From NCBI GenBank assembly GCA_036507075.1, contig DASXQR010000146.1, positions 40,662-104,661 of the forward strand: 64,000 nucleotides of DNA, written 5' to 3'. The position numbers were made by a program, and so were the translations under genes. Under the pieces are notes generated by a model that searched no databases, had not been told where the DNA came from, and saw only the letters and a list, made by a program, of their open reading frames with translations. Numbering within the stretch: position 1 is the stretch's first letter; each line of letters starts with the position of its first letter. Positions 42,695-54,005 of the stretch are shown here, in pieces. The DNA comes from Acidobacteriota bacterium. Lineage in GTDB: Bacteria > Acidobacteriota > UBA6911 > JACQSX01.

Positions 42695-44659
42695 ATGCAA
42701 GGAGTTAATCCGGGCCAGACAATAAGCCACTCGAGGTTCAGGTGGATCAGCCCACTCGCCGCGTGTTTCGTTTTGACCGTCGGTCAGATCTTTGGTCAGT
42801 CCATGTCAACACGCTATGAGTGGCGCTCCTACGGCGGCGACCCGGGTGGCATGCGTTACTCCCGCTTGAAGCAGATCAACCGTTCCAACGTAGCCCAGCT
42901 TGAGCGCGCCTGGACCTACCACACCGGGGAGATCGATCAGAATACCGGAAAAGGGATAGACAGTTTTGCGTTCCAATGCACGCCGATCATGGTTGACGGG
43001 ATGCTGTACCTGTCAACCCCCAACAACCGCATTATTGCGCTGAACGCAGAGACGGGAAGGGAGCTGTGGGTCTTTGATCCGAAGCTGGATTGGACAAAAG
43101 TGCATAACTACCCCCGCAGTCGCGGCGTGGCGTATTGGGAAGAAAGCGTCAAAAGGAGCGCAGGCAAACGTATCTTCTTCGGCACAAACGATGGCCGTCT
43201 GATTGCGCTTGATGCAATGACGGGCAAGTTAATTGCTGGTTTTGGTCAAAACGGTGAGGTCGATTTGCGGCCGGGAGTCGCCGATAATCTCCCGGACGAG
43301 AATTACATGGTGACCTCGCCACCGGCCGTTTATCGCGATCTGGTGGTAGTCGGCGGCGCACGCATCACGGAGACCTCCTTTCCGGGACCGAGCGGAGATG
43401 TGCGCGCTTTTGATGCCCGAACGGGCAGGCTCGTCTGGCGCTTTCACACTGTGCCGCGGCCCGGAGACTTCGGTCACGAGACCTGGGAGGGAGATTCATG
43501 GCGGGGGCGTTCGGGTGTCAATGCCTGGGGGCCGCTGAGCGTGGACGTGGAGCGCGGGCTTGTTTTCATCCCGCTGGGCGCCCCGGCATATGATCACTTC
43601 GGCGGGGATCGGAAGGGGCAAAACCTATTCGCCAACTCTGTGGTCGCGCTCGAAGCGGCAACGGGCAAGCGGGTCTGGCACTACCAGGTGGTCCATCACG
43701 ATATCTGGGATTATGACATCCCGGCGCAGCCGAACCTGATCAGCCTGCGTCGCAATGGCCGCAGGATTCCCGCCGTTGCCGTGCTGACTAAGAGCGGCTT
43801 TGTCTTCGTCTTTGACCGGCGCAACGGGACCCCGCTCTTTGAGATCAAAGAACAACCGGTGGCGAAGAGCGCTGTGCCCGGTGAAGCCTCGTGGCCTACT
43901 CAGCCGATTCCGGTCAAACCGCCGCAACTTGTCAGAAACAGGATTACTCGCGAACAACTATCTCGCGCTACCCCCGAATCGCACAAGTATTGCATGGAAC
44001 TCTTCGATTCACTCGACCATCCCGGCGGCGCGTATCAGCCTTTTGGAACGAAGCCGACACTGCGGTTTCCGGGAACGCTCGGAGGTGCTACCTGGTCTGG
44101 GGCCTCCTTTGATCCGGCGACCGACTCGCTATACGTGAACGTTAATGAACTGGGGACCATGGGCTGGGTTGCCGGGACAGGTGAAAAGCGTGCCCCTTGG
44201 CCAAAGCGCTTTTGGGACCAGAACGAATGGCCGTGCCAGCAGCCACCCTGGGGGAAACTGGTGGCGATTGATCTTGACAGCGGCAATGTCCGCTGGAGCG
44301 TGCCGCTGGGCGTTGTTGAAGAGTTGGCGTCCAGGGGCATTACCGATACAGGCGCCCCTAACCTCGGCGGCTCGATTGTCACGGCCGGTGGCCTCCTTTT
44401 TATCGGCGGCAGCAACGACCGCCGCTTCCGCGCTTTCGACACGCGGACCGGCAAGGAACTCTGGGTTGCAAAGTTGGAAGCGAGCGGCCACGCGACACCA
44501 GCCACGTACAGGGGCAAGAGCACCGGCAGGCAATTCGTGGTTATTGCAGCGGGCGGCGGTGGCTACCTGAGCCGCCATTCGGGTGACGTCCTTGCCGCCT
44601 TCGCTTTACCAGCTTCAACCGCCGCGAAGAGAGCCGCGGGAGGCAAAAGGCAACGATAG
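42695..44659 (+). CDS. PQQ-dependent (glucose/quinate-type) dehydrogenase
   Basis: WRSYGGD...RYS.LKQIN, FQCTP, VHHDIWDYD, PPWG, PNLGG, ATPATY. Confidence 0.9.
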   Translation: MQGVNPGQTISHSRFRWISPLAACFVLTVGQIFGQSMSTRYEWRSYGGDPGGMRYSRLKQINRSNVAQLERAWTYHTGEIDQNTGKGIDSFAFQCTPIMVDGMLYLSTPNNRIIALNAETGRELWVFDPKLDWTKVHNYPRSRGVAYWEESVKRSAGKRIFFGTNDGRLIALDAMTGKLIAGFGQNGEVDLRPGVADNLPDENYMVTSPPAVYRDLVVVGGARITETSFPGPSGDVRAFDARTGRLVWRFHTVPRPGDFGHETWEGDSWRGRSGVNAWGPLSVDVERGLVFIPLGAPAYDHFGGDRKGQNLFANSVVALEAATGKRVWHYQVVHHDIWDYDIPAQPNLISLRRNGRRIPAVAVLTKSGFVFVFDRRNGTPLFEIKEQPVAKSAVPGEASWPTQPIPVKPPQLVRNRITREQLSRATPESHKYCMELFDSLDHPGGAYQPFGTKPTLRFPGTLGGATWSGASFDPATDSLYVNVNELGTMGWVAGTGEKRAPWPKRFWDQNEWPCQQPPWGKLVAIDLDSGNVRWSVPLGVVEELASRGITDTGAPNLGGSIVTAGGLLFIGGSNDRRFRAFDTRTGKELWVAKLEASGHATPATYRGKSTGRQFVVIAAGGGGYLSRHSGDVLAAFALPASTAAKRAAGGKRQR

Positions 44660-44759
44660 CGCTGGAAGCCATTCGCCGGCGCGCTTGCAGGACCTCGGGC
44701 TAGGCGGAGTAGAATCGTTCTCGACGAGCTCGAGTTGCACGATCCGAAGGAGGGATACA

Positions 44760-46124
44760 ATGAAAAGAAAGAATCTGTCGCGACGGCAGTTCCTGGCAAC
44801 GTCAACCGGGGCGACGGTACTGGCGGCGTTGCCCCCTGCCAAGGCGGCTCCGTTCGCGCGGACCACGAAGGCCGCAACCCCTGCCCTCCTCGGCGGTGAC
44901 CCGGTTCGGACGAAACCGTTTCCCCGCTGGCCCGTCTGGACCGACGGGGATGAGCAGGCGATTCTCCCCGTGCTCCGGAGCGGCGTCTGGTCGCGCGCCA
45001 ACATCGTCTCCGAGGCGGAGAAGAAGTTCGCCCGCCTGATGGGCGCTGAACACTGCCTCCTCACGACGAACGGCACGAACGCCCTGATCACCTCGATCTA
45101 CGGCCTCGGGATCGGCGCAGGCCAGGAAGTCATCACAACCCCGTACACCTTCATTGCGACCATTCATGCGATCCTGATGAACAACGCCCTTCCGGTATTC
45201 GCGGATATCGACCCGGACACCTGGCAGATCGATCCCGGAAAGATTGAAGAGAAGATCACCAAAAACACGGCCGCGATCCTTCCGGTTCACATCATCGGCG
45301 GAGTGTGCGACATGGATCGGATCAACGCTATCGCGCGCAAACACAGCCTGAAGATTATCGAGGACGCCTGCGAGGCTCACCTGGCGGAGTGGAAAGGGAA
45401 GAAGGTGGGGACGCTGGGAGACCTTGGCTGCTTAAGCTTCCAGAACGGGAAGGCCCTGACGTGCGGCGAGGGGGGCGCGATCCTGGGGCACGACGAGCGG
45501 GCGATGGACCTCTGCTACTCATTCCACAACCTGGGCCGGCCAAAAGGGAAGTACATGCCACGCGACCGTGGCGGCCACCCCATCGCCGCCTCGAAGTGCC
45601 GGATGGCCGAGTATCAGGCGTCAATCCTGATGACCCAGATGGAGTCGGTCGTGGAGCAAACGCGGCGGCGCGCCGAGAACGCGAAATACTTCACGGCGAA
45701 GCTCCGAGAGATCCCGGGAATCGTACCCCGCAAGGACTACCCCGACGTCACTCAGCTTGCGTTCTATTATTACGGCTTCCGGTACAAGAAGGATGCGTTC
45801 GACGGCCTGCCGCGCGATCAATTTCTGAAGGCAGTTCAAGCCGAGGGAGTTTCGATGTCCAAGGGCCTCGGCGTGATCGAAGGCTTTCCGATGAACCGCG
45901 AAGGAGCGGTATTGAGCAGTCTGGACTCGAAAATCTTCCGAAGCGTTTACGCGAAGGAGACCCTCGACTCGTACCGCGACCGGAATCACTGTCCGAAGAG
46001 CGACGATCTGGTCGAAGAGACGGTCGGGTTCCACCAGCGGTACCTCCTGGGTACAAAGGAAGACATGGACGACATCTACAACGCCATCCTGAAAGTGTAC
46101 GAGAACCGCAAGAAGCTAAGCTGA
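44760..46124 (+). CDS. DegT/DnrJ/EryC1 aminotransferase with Tat signal
   Basis: SRRQFL; NGTNAL, EDACEAH, SFQNGKALTCGEGG; SD AAGGAGG. Confidence 0.9.
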   Translation: MKRKNLSRRQFLATSTGATVLAALPPAKAAPFARTTKAATPALLGGDPVRTKPFPRWPVWTDGDEQAILPVLRSGVWSRANIVSEAEKKFARLMGAEHCLLTTNGTNALITSIYGLGIGAGQEVITTPYTFIATIHAILMNNALPVFADIDPDTWQIDPGKIEEKITKNTAAILPVHIIGGVCDMDRINAIARKHSLKIIEDACEAHLAEWKGKKVGTLGDLGCLSFQNGKALTCGEGGAILGHDERAMDLCYSFHNLGRPKGKYMPRDRGGHPIAASKCRMAEYQASILMTQMESVVEQTRRRAENAKYFTAKLREIPGIVPRKDYPDVTQLAFYYYGFRYKKDAFDGLPRDQFLKAVQAEGVSMSKGLGVIEGFPMNREGAVLSSLDSKIFRSVYAKETLDSYRDRNHCPKSDDLVEETVGFHQRYLLGTKEDMDDIYNAILKVYENRKKLS

Positions 46125-46230
46125 GCCCCGCCAAACGGGAGGTAGGGGGCGTGGATGCAAATATAGGGGCATGGCTGAATCCAATCTGATTCGCCACAAG
46201 ACTGATGAAGAGAGCTCCTCTGGCTCACGA

Positions 46231-46620
46231 TCAGTTTAGATACCCCAGGCCATGTCGGCCGCGGCATCGCTTGCAATAAGTGGGCGGTTCCGCGTTGTCT
46301 ACGCGGTGTCTGACCGGTTTGAGTATCAGTAGATAGGCAAAGATTGCCTTGAGATCTTCGTCCGTCATATTTCGAAAATAAACCCAGGGCATCATCGAAC
46401 TGAGATTGCGGACTCCCCCGACTCGACCGGTGCGCATGGTTTTGATGAACATCGCTTCGCCATAATGGGAGAGGCCGGATGAGTCAGGGGTGATGTTTGC
46501 GCTGGCCACATTTCCTTCGAAAACCCCGCCCCCGCCAAATTCGAGCCCTGCGATCTCCTCCCCGTTTTTATCCCTCGGCGTATGACAACCCGCACATCTG
46601 CCTACATTGACGTAGTTGGC
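46231..46620 (-). pseudogene. Cytochrome c gene 3' fragment
   Basis: CAGCHTP, SANITPD..G, MPW..FRNMTDEDLKAIFAYL; no N-terminus or signal peptide. Confidence 0.7.
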
Positions 46621-46842
46621 AAGGCAGTCCTTCTCGAAAACCCCGGCAGTGAGACACACACGTTCACCAAAGTTGCAGATTTCGGCGGAGGTTTCGTCGC
46701 TCCCCTTAACTTTCTCTCCGGCAACCCCATCCCCAGGCCTGAGTGCGCAATAGTTCTCCCCAGCGGAGACCTGGCTCCGCAGCCCGACGGTCCGGCCAAC
46801 ATTTTCGTGGAGGCGGGAGAAGCAGAAGAGGGTCACCACCGG

Positions 46843-48549
46843 CTACTTTTTGTTTTCAGTGATGGTGGTGTAGCGATCGAGCGGCACATTTGTAAATTTT
46901 TCGACTTTGCCGCTCGGAGATGGCCACCGTACTTCAAGCCAGTCCAACTGGTCGGCTTTTCCCAGGCCGAGCACTTCGCGCATATCGTGCGAGGAAAGAT
47001 AGCTGCCGCCGCTGGTCTTCAGACGCGAATGCCTCACTCCTGCGGCCGACCAGGTAATGACCGCCCCGAACGCGTCGCGATTGCAGCCAACCCCCTGCAG
47101 TTTGATTCCAATCCAGTGATTCTCGCGCGGGCTGTTGTTGCGCAGCAGCGTGGGCGCTTCGCCGTTGTTCGCGATCAGAACATCGGACAAACCGTCGTTG
47201 TTGATGTCTCCGACAGCCAGACCACGCGCGGAAAAACTCCGGCCGAACGCCGGACCGCCGCGACCGCTGACGTTTTCCAGGCGGGCTCCATTGTGGTGGA
47301 ATAGCAGCAGCGGCTCTTTATATTTCACGCGCGATGAATACCGCTCGATCATATCATCGGGATGGCCATTGGCCAGGATCAGGTCCAGATGTCCATCGTT
47401 GTCATAATCAAAAAACTTCAGACCCCAGCCGCTCAACAGCCGGGTGGCTTCCGCGATTCCATTCTGGTGGGCAAGATCACTGAACGTCTCGTCTTTGTTG
47501 TTCCGGTAAAGCGAAAACATTTCCTGGTCGACGTTCGCCACGAAGAGATCCTGCCAGCCATCCTCGTCGAAATCGGCGGCATCGACACCCATTCCCGAGC
47601 GGGGCGTTCCGTTCGCGCTGAAACCGACTTCGGACGGCAATCCGATCTCTTCCCACTTATTTTTGCCTCGGTTCATAAAAAGAAAATTCTGGACCGTGTC
47701 ATTGGCGACAAACAAATCGAGCTGCCCGTCGTTGTTAATGTCGGTGGCGACCACGCCAAGCGATTTTCCGAGTGCGCGCTGGATGTCGGTGCCCTGCCCG
47801 ACTTCAGCGAAAGTCCCATCTCCGTTGTTATGAAACAGCAGACTCGACGTCGGTTTGAAAACCCGGGGGATGCAATAGTAGCGTTTGCCAAGCTTGTTAT
47901 CGCCGCAGAAGATGTGCTTATTGAGGCCGAACTCGACAAAACTGCAGACGAAAAGATCGAGTTTGCCGTCATTGTCGGCGTCGAACCAGACCGCGCTGGT
48001 GGTCCAGCCCGGGGCCGCGACTGCCGCTTTTTGCGTGACGTCGGAAAACGTGCCATTGCGATTGTTATGATACAGAGTGCACCTACCGTAGGCCGTGACA
48101 AACAGGTCCGAATAGCCGTCATTGTCATAGTCAGCAGTCGCCACGCCCATCCCGAAGCTGCCGGCGCCGACGCCCGCCTTGTCCGTCACGTCGGTGAACG
48201 TGCCGTCGTGATTGTTCCGATACAGCGCGTTGCGCGGCGGATTCTCCGGATGGTAAAAATCCGACGGTCCGCTGTTTACCAGGTAGATATCGACCCACCC
48301 GTCGTTGTCGTAGTCGAGGAAAGCACAGCCGGGACCAAGTGTCTCCGGCAGATAGCGCATGTCGGACATGGCATTGTCATGCACCCATGAAATGCCGCTC
48401 TTTGCCGGTGTAATTTCCTCAAAGATCGCTTCGGGTATCGCCGCGCTTGTGGCACTTCGGCGCAGCCCGGCGGCGAGAATGAAGGTGAGGATGACGCACG
48501 TCAGAACAAAGCTTTTGATTCGCCCGCGCGTTGAAACGTGTTTCATCAC
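46843..48549 (-). CDS. CRTAC1-family (FG-GAP + ASPIC/UnbV) protein
   Basis: DYDNDG repeats, [14 protein letters not shown]. Confidence 0.9.
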   Translation of the reverse strand: MMKHVSTRGRIKSFVLTCVILTFILAAGLRRSATSAAIPEAIFEEITPAKSGISWVHDNAMSDMRYLPETLGPGCAFLDYDNDGWVDIYLVNSGPSDFYHPENPPRNALYRNNHDGTFTDVTDKAGVGAGSFGMGVATADYDNDGYSDLFVTAYGRCTLYHNNRNGTFSDVTQKAAVAAPGWTTSAVWFDADNDGKLDLFVCSFVEFGLNKHIFCGDNKLGKRYYCIPRVFKPTSSLLFHNNGDGTFAEVGQGTDIQRALGKSLGVVATDINNDGQLDLFVANDTVQNFLFMNRGKNKWEEIGLPSEVGFSANGTPRSGMGVDAADFDEDGWQDLFVANVDQEMFSLYRNNKDETFSDLAHQNGIAEATRLLSGWGLKFFDYDNDGHLDLILANGHPDDMIERYSSRVKYKEPLLLFHHNGARLENVSGRGGPAFGRSFSARGLAVGDINNDGLSDVLIANNGEAPTLLRNNSPRENHWIGIKLQGVGCNRDAFGAVITWSAAGVRHSRLKTSGGSYLSSHDMREVLGLGKADQLDWLEVRWPSPSGKVEKFTNVPLDRYTTITENKK

Positions 48550-49781
48550 AAACCGGGCGGCTTTTCACCGCTGGGGATCTCTGTGCCGCCCACTGAGTGC
48601 GCTCCCAGTCTCTGGGTACGGTTGATTCTGTCCAGTCTGACAAATTCGGCGCGCTCCCGCGCCGCGTCATCTTTCCGCCCGGCGCGTGCATAGGCGCGCG
48701 CCAGAACAAAACGCATCTCAGGACTGTCGGGGGCCAGGTCAACCCCAGCTTCCAACTGTTTTACGGCCCCCGCCACATCGCCGGTTTCAAGCAGAGCGCG
48801 TCCGAGAGCGTTGCGCGCGGGGAAGAGGTTGGGAGCGAGTCGCACGGCATCTTCCGCAAAAGAGAGGGCGTCTTTGTTGCTGCCGCGCTTCAGCAGCTCG
48901 AAGGCGATTTGAAGCATCGCGGGAACGTGGGAGGGATTCAGCCCCAGTTCACGTTTGAACTCTTCCAGTGCGGCGTCAGAGTTTTCCGTCAGAAGAAAGA
49001 CTCCGTGCGCGTAATGGACATTGGGCGCCTGCGGGTAGCGCGACACCAGTTCCTGAAAACTGCTGCGCGCGTTTTGCACTCGGCGCGCTGCCATGTCAAA
49101 AGCGGCGCGGCCCGCCAACAAAACCTGTTCACGTTTGTCCGGTGGAACTTCGACCGGCAGGTAAGGCATTCTCAGAGTGTTGATTCCCATCGCTTCTATC
49201 ACGCTGGAATTCTCGTTCTGGTCGCGCGCAAATTCCCGAAGAACATCGTACGCCATTTCGTACTCCTCAAATCGGGTCAACAGAATAGCGGTGTGAAAGC
49301 GAGCAACAGACGCGAGTTGATCGTCTGGTCGGATGCCGAGAAAACGTGCGCGTTTCAAATCGGCAAGCGCCTTGGGATATTCTCGCGTTTGGAACTCGCA
49401 CAATCCCAGCAATGCCCAGGCGGGCGCATTCTTCGGCTTGAGCGCCACCAGCCGGCGAAACCAGTCGCGCGCTTCGTCATAGCGGTCCTGGTCGTACAGC
49501 ATGGTTCCGAGATACCAGATTCCTTCCTCCCAGCGGGGGCGAATCTTCAGGGCCTGTTCGTATAACGACAATGCTTCGGCGATCCGGTCCTGTTCGCGCG
49601 CCGCCGTGGCGCGCGCGACAACTTTGGCGAAGCCGTCTGAGGAAGTTGAAACGCCGGAAGGTTTTCCGGCAGTGCCGGCCTGCGGCCCGCCCTCGGCGCC
49701 GGTCGCGGCAAGGATGGCAAAAAGAGCGACAACCCGGAGCCTGAAATTGAAAAGTCGGAATGTCCTGCCTAAAGATCTCAC
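48546..49781 (-). CDS. Exported TPR protein
   Basis: Signal peptide and TPR repeats; paralog of 52748-53968. Confidence 0.85.
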   Translation of the reverse strand: MRSLGRTFRLFNFRLRVVALFAILAATGAEGGPQAGTAGKPSGVSTSSDGFAKVVARATAAREQDRIAEALSLYEQALKIRPRWEEGIWYLGTMLYDQDRYDEARDWFRRLVALKPKNAPAWALLGLCEFQTREYPKALADLKRARFLGIRPDDQLASVARFHTAILLTRFEEYEMAYDVLREFARDQNENSSVIEAMGINTLRMPYLPVEVPPDKREQVLLAGRAAFDMAARRVQNARSSFQELVSRYPQAPNVHYAHGVFLLTENSDAALEEFKRELGLNPSHVPAMLQIAFELLKRGSNKDALSFAEDAVRLAPNLFPARNALGRALLETGDVAGAVKQLEAGVDLAPDSPEMRFVLARAYARAGRKDDAARERAEFVRLDRINRTQRLGAHSVGGTEIPSGEKPPGL

Positions 49782-51043
49782 GGCTTTTTTTCCTGAGGAG
49801 GCGCCCCCGGCTTCGATTGCTGCTGTGGCTTTTGAACCAGTTCTCCTCTGTAGGCGGGTCCCAGACCTTCCTGGGCGCCGGGAGCGGCGGCCTGACGCTC
49901 CGCCGTCAGCTTTTGCACCGTGGCTCGCTCGCGGTCTCCTTCATCCTTCCGCTTCAGACGGTAATAAATGGTCGCGAGAATGACATGCGCCTCCACGAAG
50001 TCGGGCGCGTCTTTGACCAACTGCTTCAGAATCTGCTCCGCCTCTGCGATTTTTCCTTCAGCCACACGGACGCCGGCGAGAAAGTAGCGGGCATTCGAAT
50101 CGCGCGGTCGCACCAGCAGAGCCTTACCCAGATATGCAGCCGCCTCATCGTACTTCTGTTCTTCCTTCAAGATGATCCCGAGGCTCAAGTTCGCATCAAA
50201 GTCAATGGGGCTGAGCTCCAGCTCGTCCAAGAATGCCTTCCTGGCTGCTTCGCGATCACCCGTCGCGAGCAGGGCCCGGCCGTAATATGAATTTGCCATC
50301 GGTAGCTTTGCATTCAATTCCACCGCGCTTTTCAGCTCCTTCAGGGCGTTCGGGTAGTCATGCGCCATGAACTGAGCCGTACCGAGCATCAGGTGAGCTT
50401 CAGCGCTCTCTCCCTGGCGCAGGATCCGGTCCAGCAGTATCTGTCCCTTTTCGATCTGCTGATCGCGGATGTATGCGCTTCCCAGCAAATAGTTAAGAGC
50501 TGCATCATGGGGACTTGATGACTGCAGCGGCGACAGCAGGTCTATCGTCTTTTTGTTCTCGCCCAACTGAAGATGACAGTCAGCCAGGAGCATAAGAGCG
50601 TTCCTGTTGTCCGGCATGGCAGCGACGATTTTTGAGAACTCGACGGCCGCTCTTGGAATATCGGTCGACTTGTAGTACGCGAGCGCAAGGTTGTAACGCA
50701 CGGTTTGGTTGCCGGGATCGAACTCCAGCGCCTTGTCATATTCCTTGACCGCCTCTTCATATCGGCCCAGCCGGGCGAGCGCCGCGCCCAGATTGGAACG
50801 TACCAGCAGGTTGTCGGGACCGGAGACAAGAAATTCTCGATACTTTTTGATGGCTCCTTCAGTGTCGCCGTCCTGGTGAAGTTTGACGGCCGCAGCGAAG
50901 ATTTGTTCCGGCGTCGAGCGGTCCGATTGAGCCAAAACAGTGGTGATGGAGCAGGCCAATATCGCCACGACTAAAATTCGGACCAGCGGCATGATGTAAG
51001 GAAGGATTCGGCGCCTGCTCTTCTGTGAAAGCTCTCCCACCAC
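49778..51043 (-). CDS. Exported TPR protein
   Basis: Signal peptide; NLGAAL..LGRY, YNLALAYY repeats. Confidence 0.85.
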   Translation of the reverse strand: MVGELSQKSRRRILPYIMPLVRILVVAILACSITTVLAQSDRSTPEQIFAAAVKLHQDGDTEGAIKKYREFLVSGPDNLLVRSNLGAALARLGRYEEAVKEYDKALEFDPGNQTVRYNLALAYYKSTDIPRAAVEFSKIVAAMPDNRNALMLLADCHLQLGENKKTIDLLSPLQSSSPHDAALNYLLGSAYIRDQQIEKGQILLDRILRQGESAEAHLMLGTAQFMAHDYPNALKELKSAVELNAKLPMANSYYGRALLATGDREAARKAFLDELELSPIDFDANLSLGIILKEEQKYDEAAAYLGKALLVRPRDSNARYFLAGVRVAEGKIAEAEQILKQLVKDAPDFVEAHVILATIYYRLKRKDEGDRERATVQKLTAERQAAAPGAQEGLGPAYRGELVQKPQQQSKPGAPPQEKKP

Positions 51044-51059
51044 GATGATACAGCGTGCA

Positions 51060-52751
51060 TTAGCGGGCAGTAAAGTCCGCCGCGCGACCTTCCCGGATCC
51101 TAATATATTGGTCGATCGGCGGATTCACAAACTTCTCCAGCCTGCCGGAAGGTCCGGGCCATTTTACTTCCACCCACTCCACCTTTTCGGCTTGGCCGAT
51201 ACCGAGGACCTCGCGAGGGTCATGCGACGATAAATAGCTGCCACCGCCGGTCTTAAGACGAGAACGCTGCACTCCTCCTGCAGACCAGCTAATCCGCGCT
51301 CCAATTCCTTCGCTGTTGCTCTTTACGCCCTGCAGCCGGACTCCGACCCAGTGGTGGTCGCTTCCCCAGCAGTTCTCAAGCAGCGTCGGAGCCTGCCCAT
51401 TGCTCGCCACCAGCACATCGATTTTTCCGTCATTGTTGAAATCGCCCGCGGCAAGACCGCGTGCCGGAAACGAACGCTCGAATACATGGCCTGCGGTGTC
51501 GCTGATGTTTACCAGTTTCCCTGCATCATTATGAAAAAGCAGCGGCGGCTCTCGGTATTTCACCCGGGCCGAGTAGCGATCAATCATGTCATCCGGATGG
51601 CCATTTGCCAGGAACAAATCGGTGGCGCCGTCATTGTCAAAATCCAAAAACTTCAGTCCCCAACCGCTCAACAGGCGAGTTGCTTCCGCGACATCGTGCA
51701 AATGCGCTGTATCGGTGAAGGACTGATCCCGATTGTTGCGATAGAGCGAGAAAATCTCCTGGTCGACATTGGCGACGAACAGGTCCTGCCATCCGTCCCC
51801 GTCGATGTCGGCCGCATCGACGCCCATGCCGGACCGCGGTTGGCCGTGGGCGCTGAAGCCGACATCCGCCGCCAGCGCGATTTCGTCCCACCTGTCGCCG
51901 CCCCGGTTCACGAACAGAAAGTTCTGGACGGTATCGTTGGCGACAAAAAGGTCCGAGAGTCCATCGTTATTGATATCGGTGGCAACCACGCCGAGGGCTT
52001 TCCCCAGCGCCCGCGCGATCGCGGTTCCCTCGTCGGTCTCCTTGAATGTTCCGTTACCCTGGTTGCGAAAGAGGAAGCTGTGGGTGGGCTTAAAAGTTCT
52101 CGGGATGCAGTAGTACGGTTGACCGAGCTTGTTTTGGCCGCAGAAAATGTTCTTGTCAGCGCCGAACTCGACGAAGCTGCAGAGAAACAAGTCCAGAAAC
52201 CCATCGTTGTCGTAATCGAACCAGACGGCGCTGGTAGTCCAACCCGGCGCTGAAACGCCGGCGGCATCGGCGACGCTCGAAAACGTCCCGTCTTTGTTGT
52301 TGTGGTACAGAAGACATTTTCCATACGAAGTCACCAGGATATCGGTGTATCCATCCTTGTCGTAATCGGCTGCCGCCACTCCCATCCCGAATGTCCCACC
52401 GCCCACCCGTGCCTGGTCGGTGACATCGGTGAAGGTTCCGTCCCGGTTGTTCCGATACAGCGCATTTTTCAAGATCTTTGCAGGCTTGTAAAAATCGGAC
52501 GGACCGCTGTTGACCAGGTAGATATCCATCCAACCGTCGTTGTTGTAATCGAGAAAGGCACAGCCCGGTCCCATCGTCTCCGGCATGTAGCGCTGAGGGG
52601 ACATGGCGTTGTCATGCGTCCAGATGATGTGCGACCTGGCTGGAAGAACCTCTTCGAATACCGGTCTTTGTGTGCGCTCTGCCTCTGTGGCAAAGAAAAG
52701 AAAACCACAAAGACACAAAGGGCACAAAGACAGCGCCGGCGGCGGGTTCAT
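51060..52751 (-). CDS. CRTAC1-family protein (second paralog)
   Basis: Same motifs as 46843-48549. Confidence 0.9.
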   Translation of the reverse strand: MNPPPALSLCPLCLCGFLFFATEAERTQRPVFEEVLPARSHIIWTHDNAMSPQRYMPETMGPGCAFLDYNNDGWMDIYLVNSGPSDFYKPAKILKNALYRNNRDGTFTDVTDQARVGGGTFGMGVAAADYDKDGYTDILVTSYGKCLLYHNNKDGTFSSVADAAGVSAPGWTTSAVWFDYDNDGFLDLFLCSFVEFGADKNIFCGQNKLGQPYYCIPRTFKPTHSFLFRNQGNGTFKETDEGTAIARALGKALGVVATDINNDGLSDLFVANDTVQNFLFVNRGGDRWDEIALAADVGFSAHGQPRSGMGVDAADIDGDGWQDLFVANVDQEIFSLYRNNRDQSFTDTAHLHDVAEATRLLSGWGLKFLDFDNDGATDLFLANGHPDDMIDRYSARVKYREPPLLFHNDAGKLVNISDTAGHVFERSFPARGLAAGDFNNDGKIDVLVASNGQAPTLLENCWGSDHHWVGVRLQGVKSNSEGIGARISWSAGGVQRSRLKTGGGSYLSSHDPREVLGIGQAEKVEWVEVKWPGPSGRLEKFVNPPIDQYIRIREGRAADFTAR

Positions 52752-53968
52752 TTCGGTTCCTCTCGAGTGGTGTTGGATCGTTCGCGGAATTTCTGGCGCT
52801 CCTTTTCGATGCGTAAGAACTCCTCGCGCTCGCGCGCGGCTTCCGCGCTTCTGCCTGCCTTTGCGTAGGCCTTTGCCAACGCGAAATGCATCTCGGAGCT
52901 ATCCGGCGCCAATCTGACGCCGGTGCGCAGCTCCGCGATCGCGCGCGCCACCTCGCCGGTTTCCAGCAGGACCCGTCCGAGCGCATTGCGGGCCGCAAAA
53001 TTCTCCGGAGCGAGACGCACTGCTTCTTCTGCAAACATCAGCCCGAGTTGGGGAGTACCCCGCTTAAGATATTCAAACGCGATTTCCAAACGCGCTGGAA
53101 CATTGGAAGGCGATCCCGCCAATTCGCGGCGGAACTCCTCCATCGCTTTGTCCGGGGCCTCAGAAAGCAGAAAAGCGCCGTAGGCATAGTGAATACCCGG
53201 GAACGTCGGGTGACGATCGAGCAGCAGCAGAAACATTTTGCGAGCCTCCTCCGGGCGCCGCGCCGCCAGCGCGAAGCCGGCCTCCCCGGCCAGCATGACG
53301 GCATCGCGCTTGTCGGCGGGAAGCTCGGATGGGAGGTAGGGAAGGCGCAGGACATTGATGCCTGCCGCTTCCACGTACGGCTTTCCGCCCTTACCAGCGG
53401 CCGCCAGCTCACGGATCAGATCGAATCCGAGTTCAAATTGCTCGAAGCGAGCAAACAAGATTGCCGCGTGGTAAGTCGCGACCGTACGAAGTTCGTCGTT
53501 GCCGCCAAGTCCCAGCGTCAAACCCGCGTAGAGATGCCGAAGGGATTTCTCAAATTCGCGTAATTGGAACTCGCACAGGCCGAGCATGACTGCGGCGGGG
53601 CCGTTTTCCCTCTCCAGCGCAACCACACGATCGAATGCTCGGCGCGCCTCTGCATAGCGATCCAGCTCATATTGAAGCGTTCCCAAATACCACCAACCTT
53701 CCGACCAACTGGAATCCAACTTTACGGCGTCGCCGTAAAGTGCAATCGCTTCTTCAGATTTGCCCTCTTCGCGAGCGCGCGCCGCTCTGGCCTTTAACTC
53801 CTGCGACGCGGCCATGTCAGACTCGGCGCGGGCGGGCGATTTCGCAGCCGGGCCCGATCTCTTCTCCGGCGGCCGCCGTGGAGCCTGCCGAGGTGTACCG
53901 AACGTTTCAGGTGCGGAGGTGGAGAGAAATAAGGTCAGGATGAATGAGAATGATGCCAAGCGCTGCAC
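52748..53968 (-). CDS. Exported TPR protein
   Basis: Signal peptide; [14 protein letters not shown] and TPR repeats. Confidence 0.85.
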   Translation of the reverse strand: MQRLASFSFILTLFLSTSAPETFGTPRQAPRRPPEKRSGPAAKSPARAESDMAASQELKARAARAREEGKSEEAIALYGDAVKLDSSWSEGWWYLGTLQYELDRYAEARRAFDRVVALERENGPAAVMLGLCEFQLREFEKSLRHLYAGLTLGLGGNDELRTVATYHAAILFARFEQFELGFDLIRELAAAGKGGKPYVEAAGINVLRLPYLPSELPADKRDAVMLAGEAGFALAARRPEEARKMFLLLLDRHPTFPGIHYAYGAFLLSEAPDKAMEEFRRELAGSPSNVPARLEIAFEYLKRGTPQLGLMFAEEAVRLAPENFAARNALGRVLLETGEVARAIAELRTGVRLAPDSSEMHFALAKAYAKAGRSAEAAREREEFLRIEKERQKFRERSNTTREEPK

Positions 53969-54005
53969 AAAGAACTCCTGACGTTTATCCTCCTACACTG
54001 GAACT

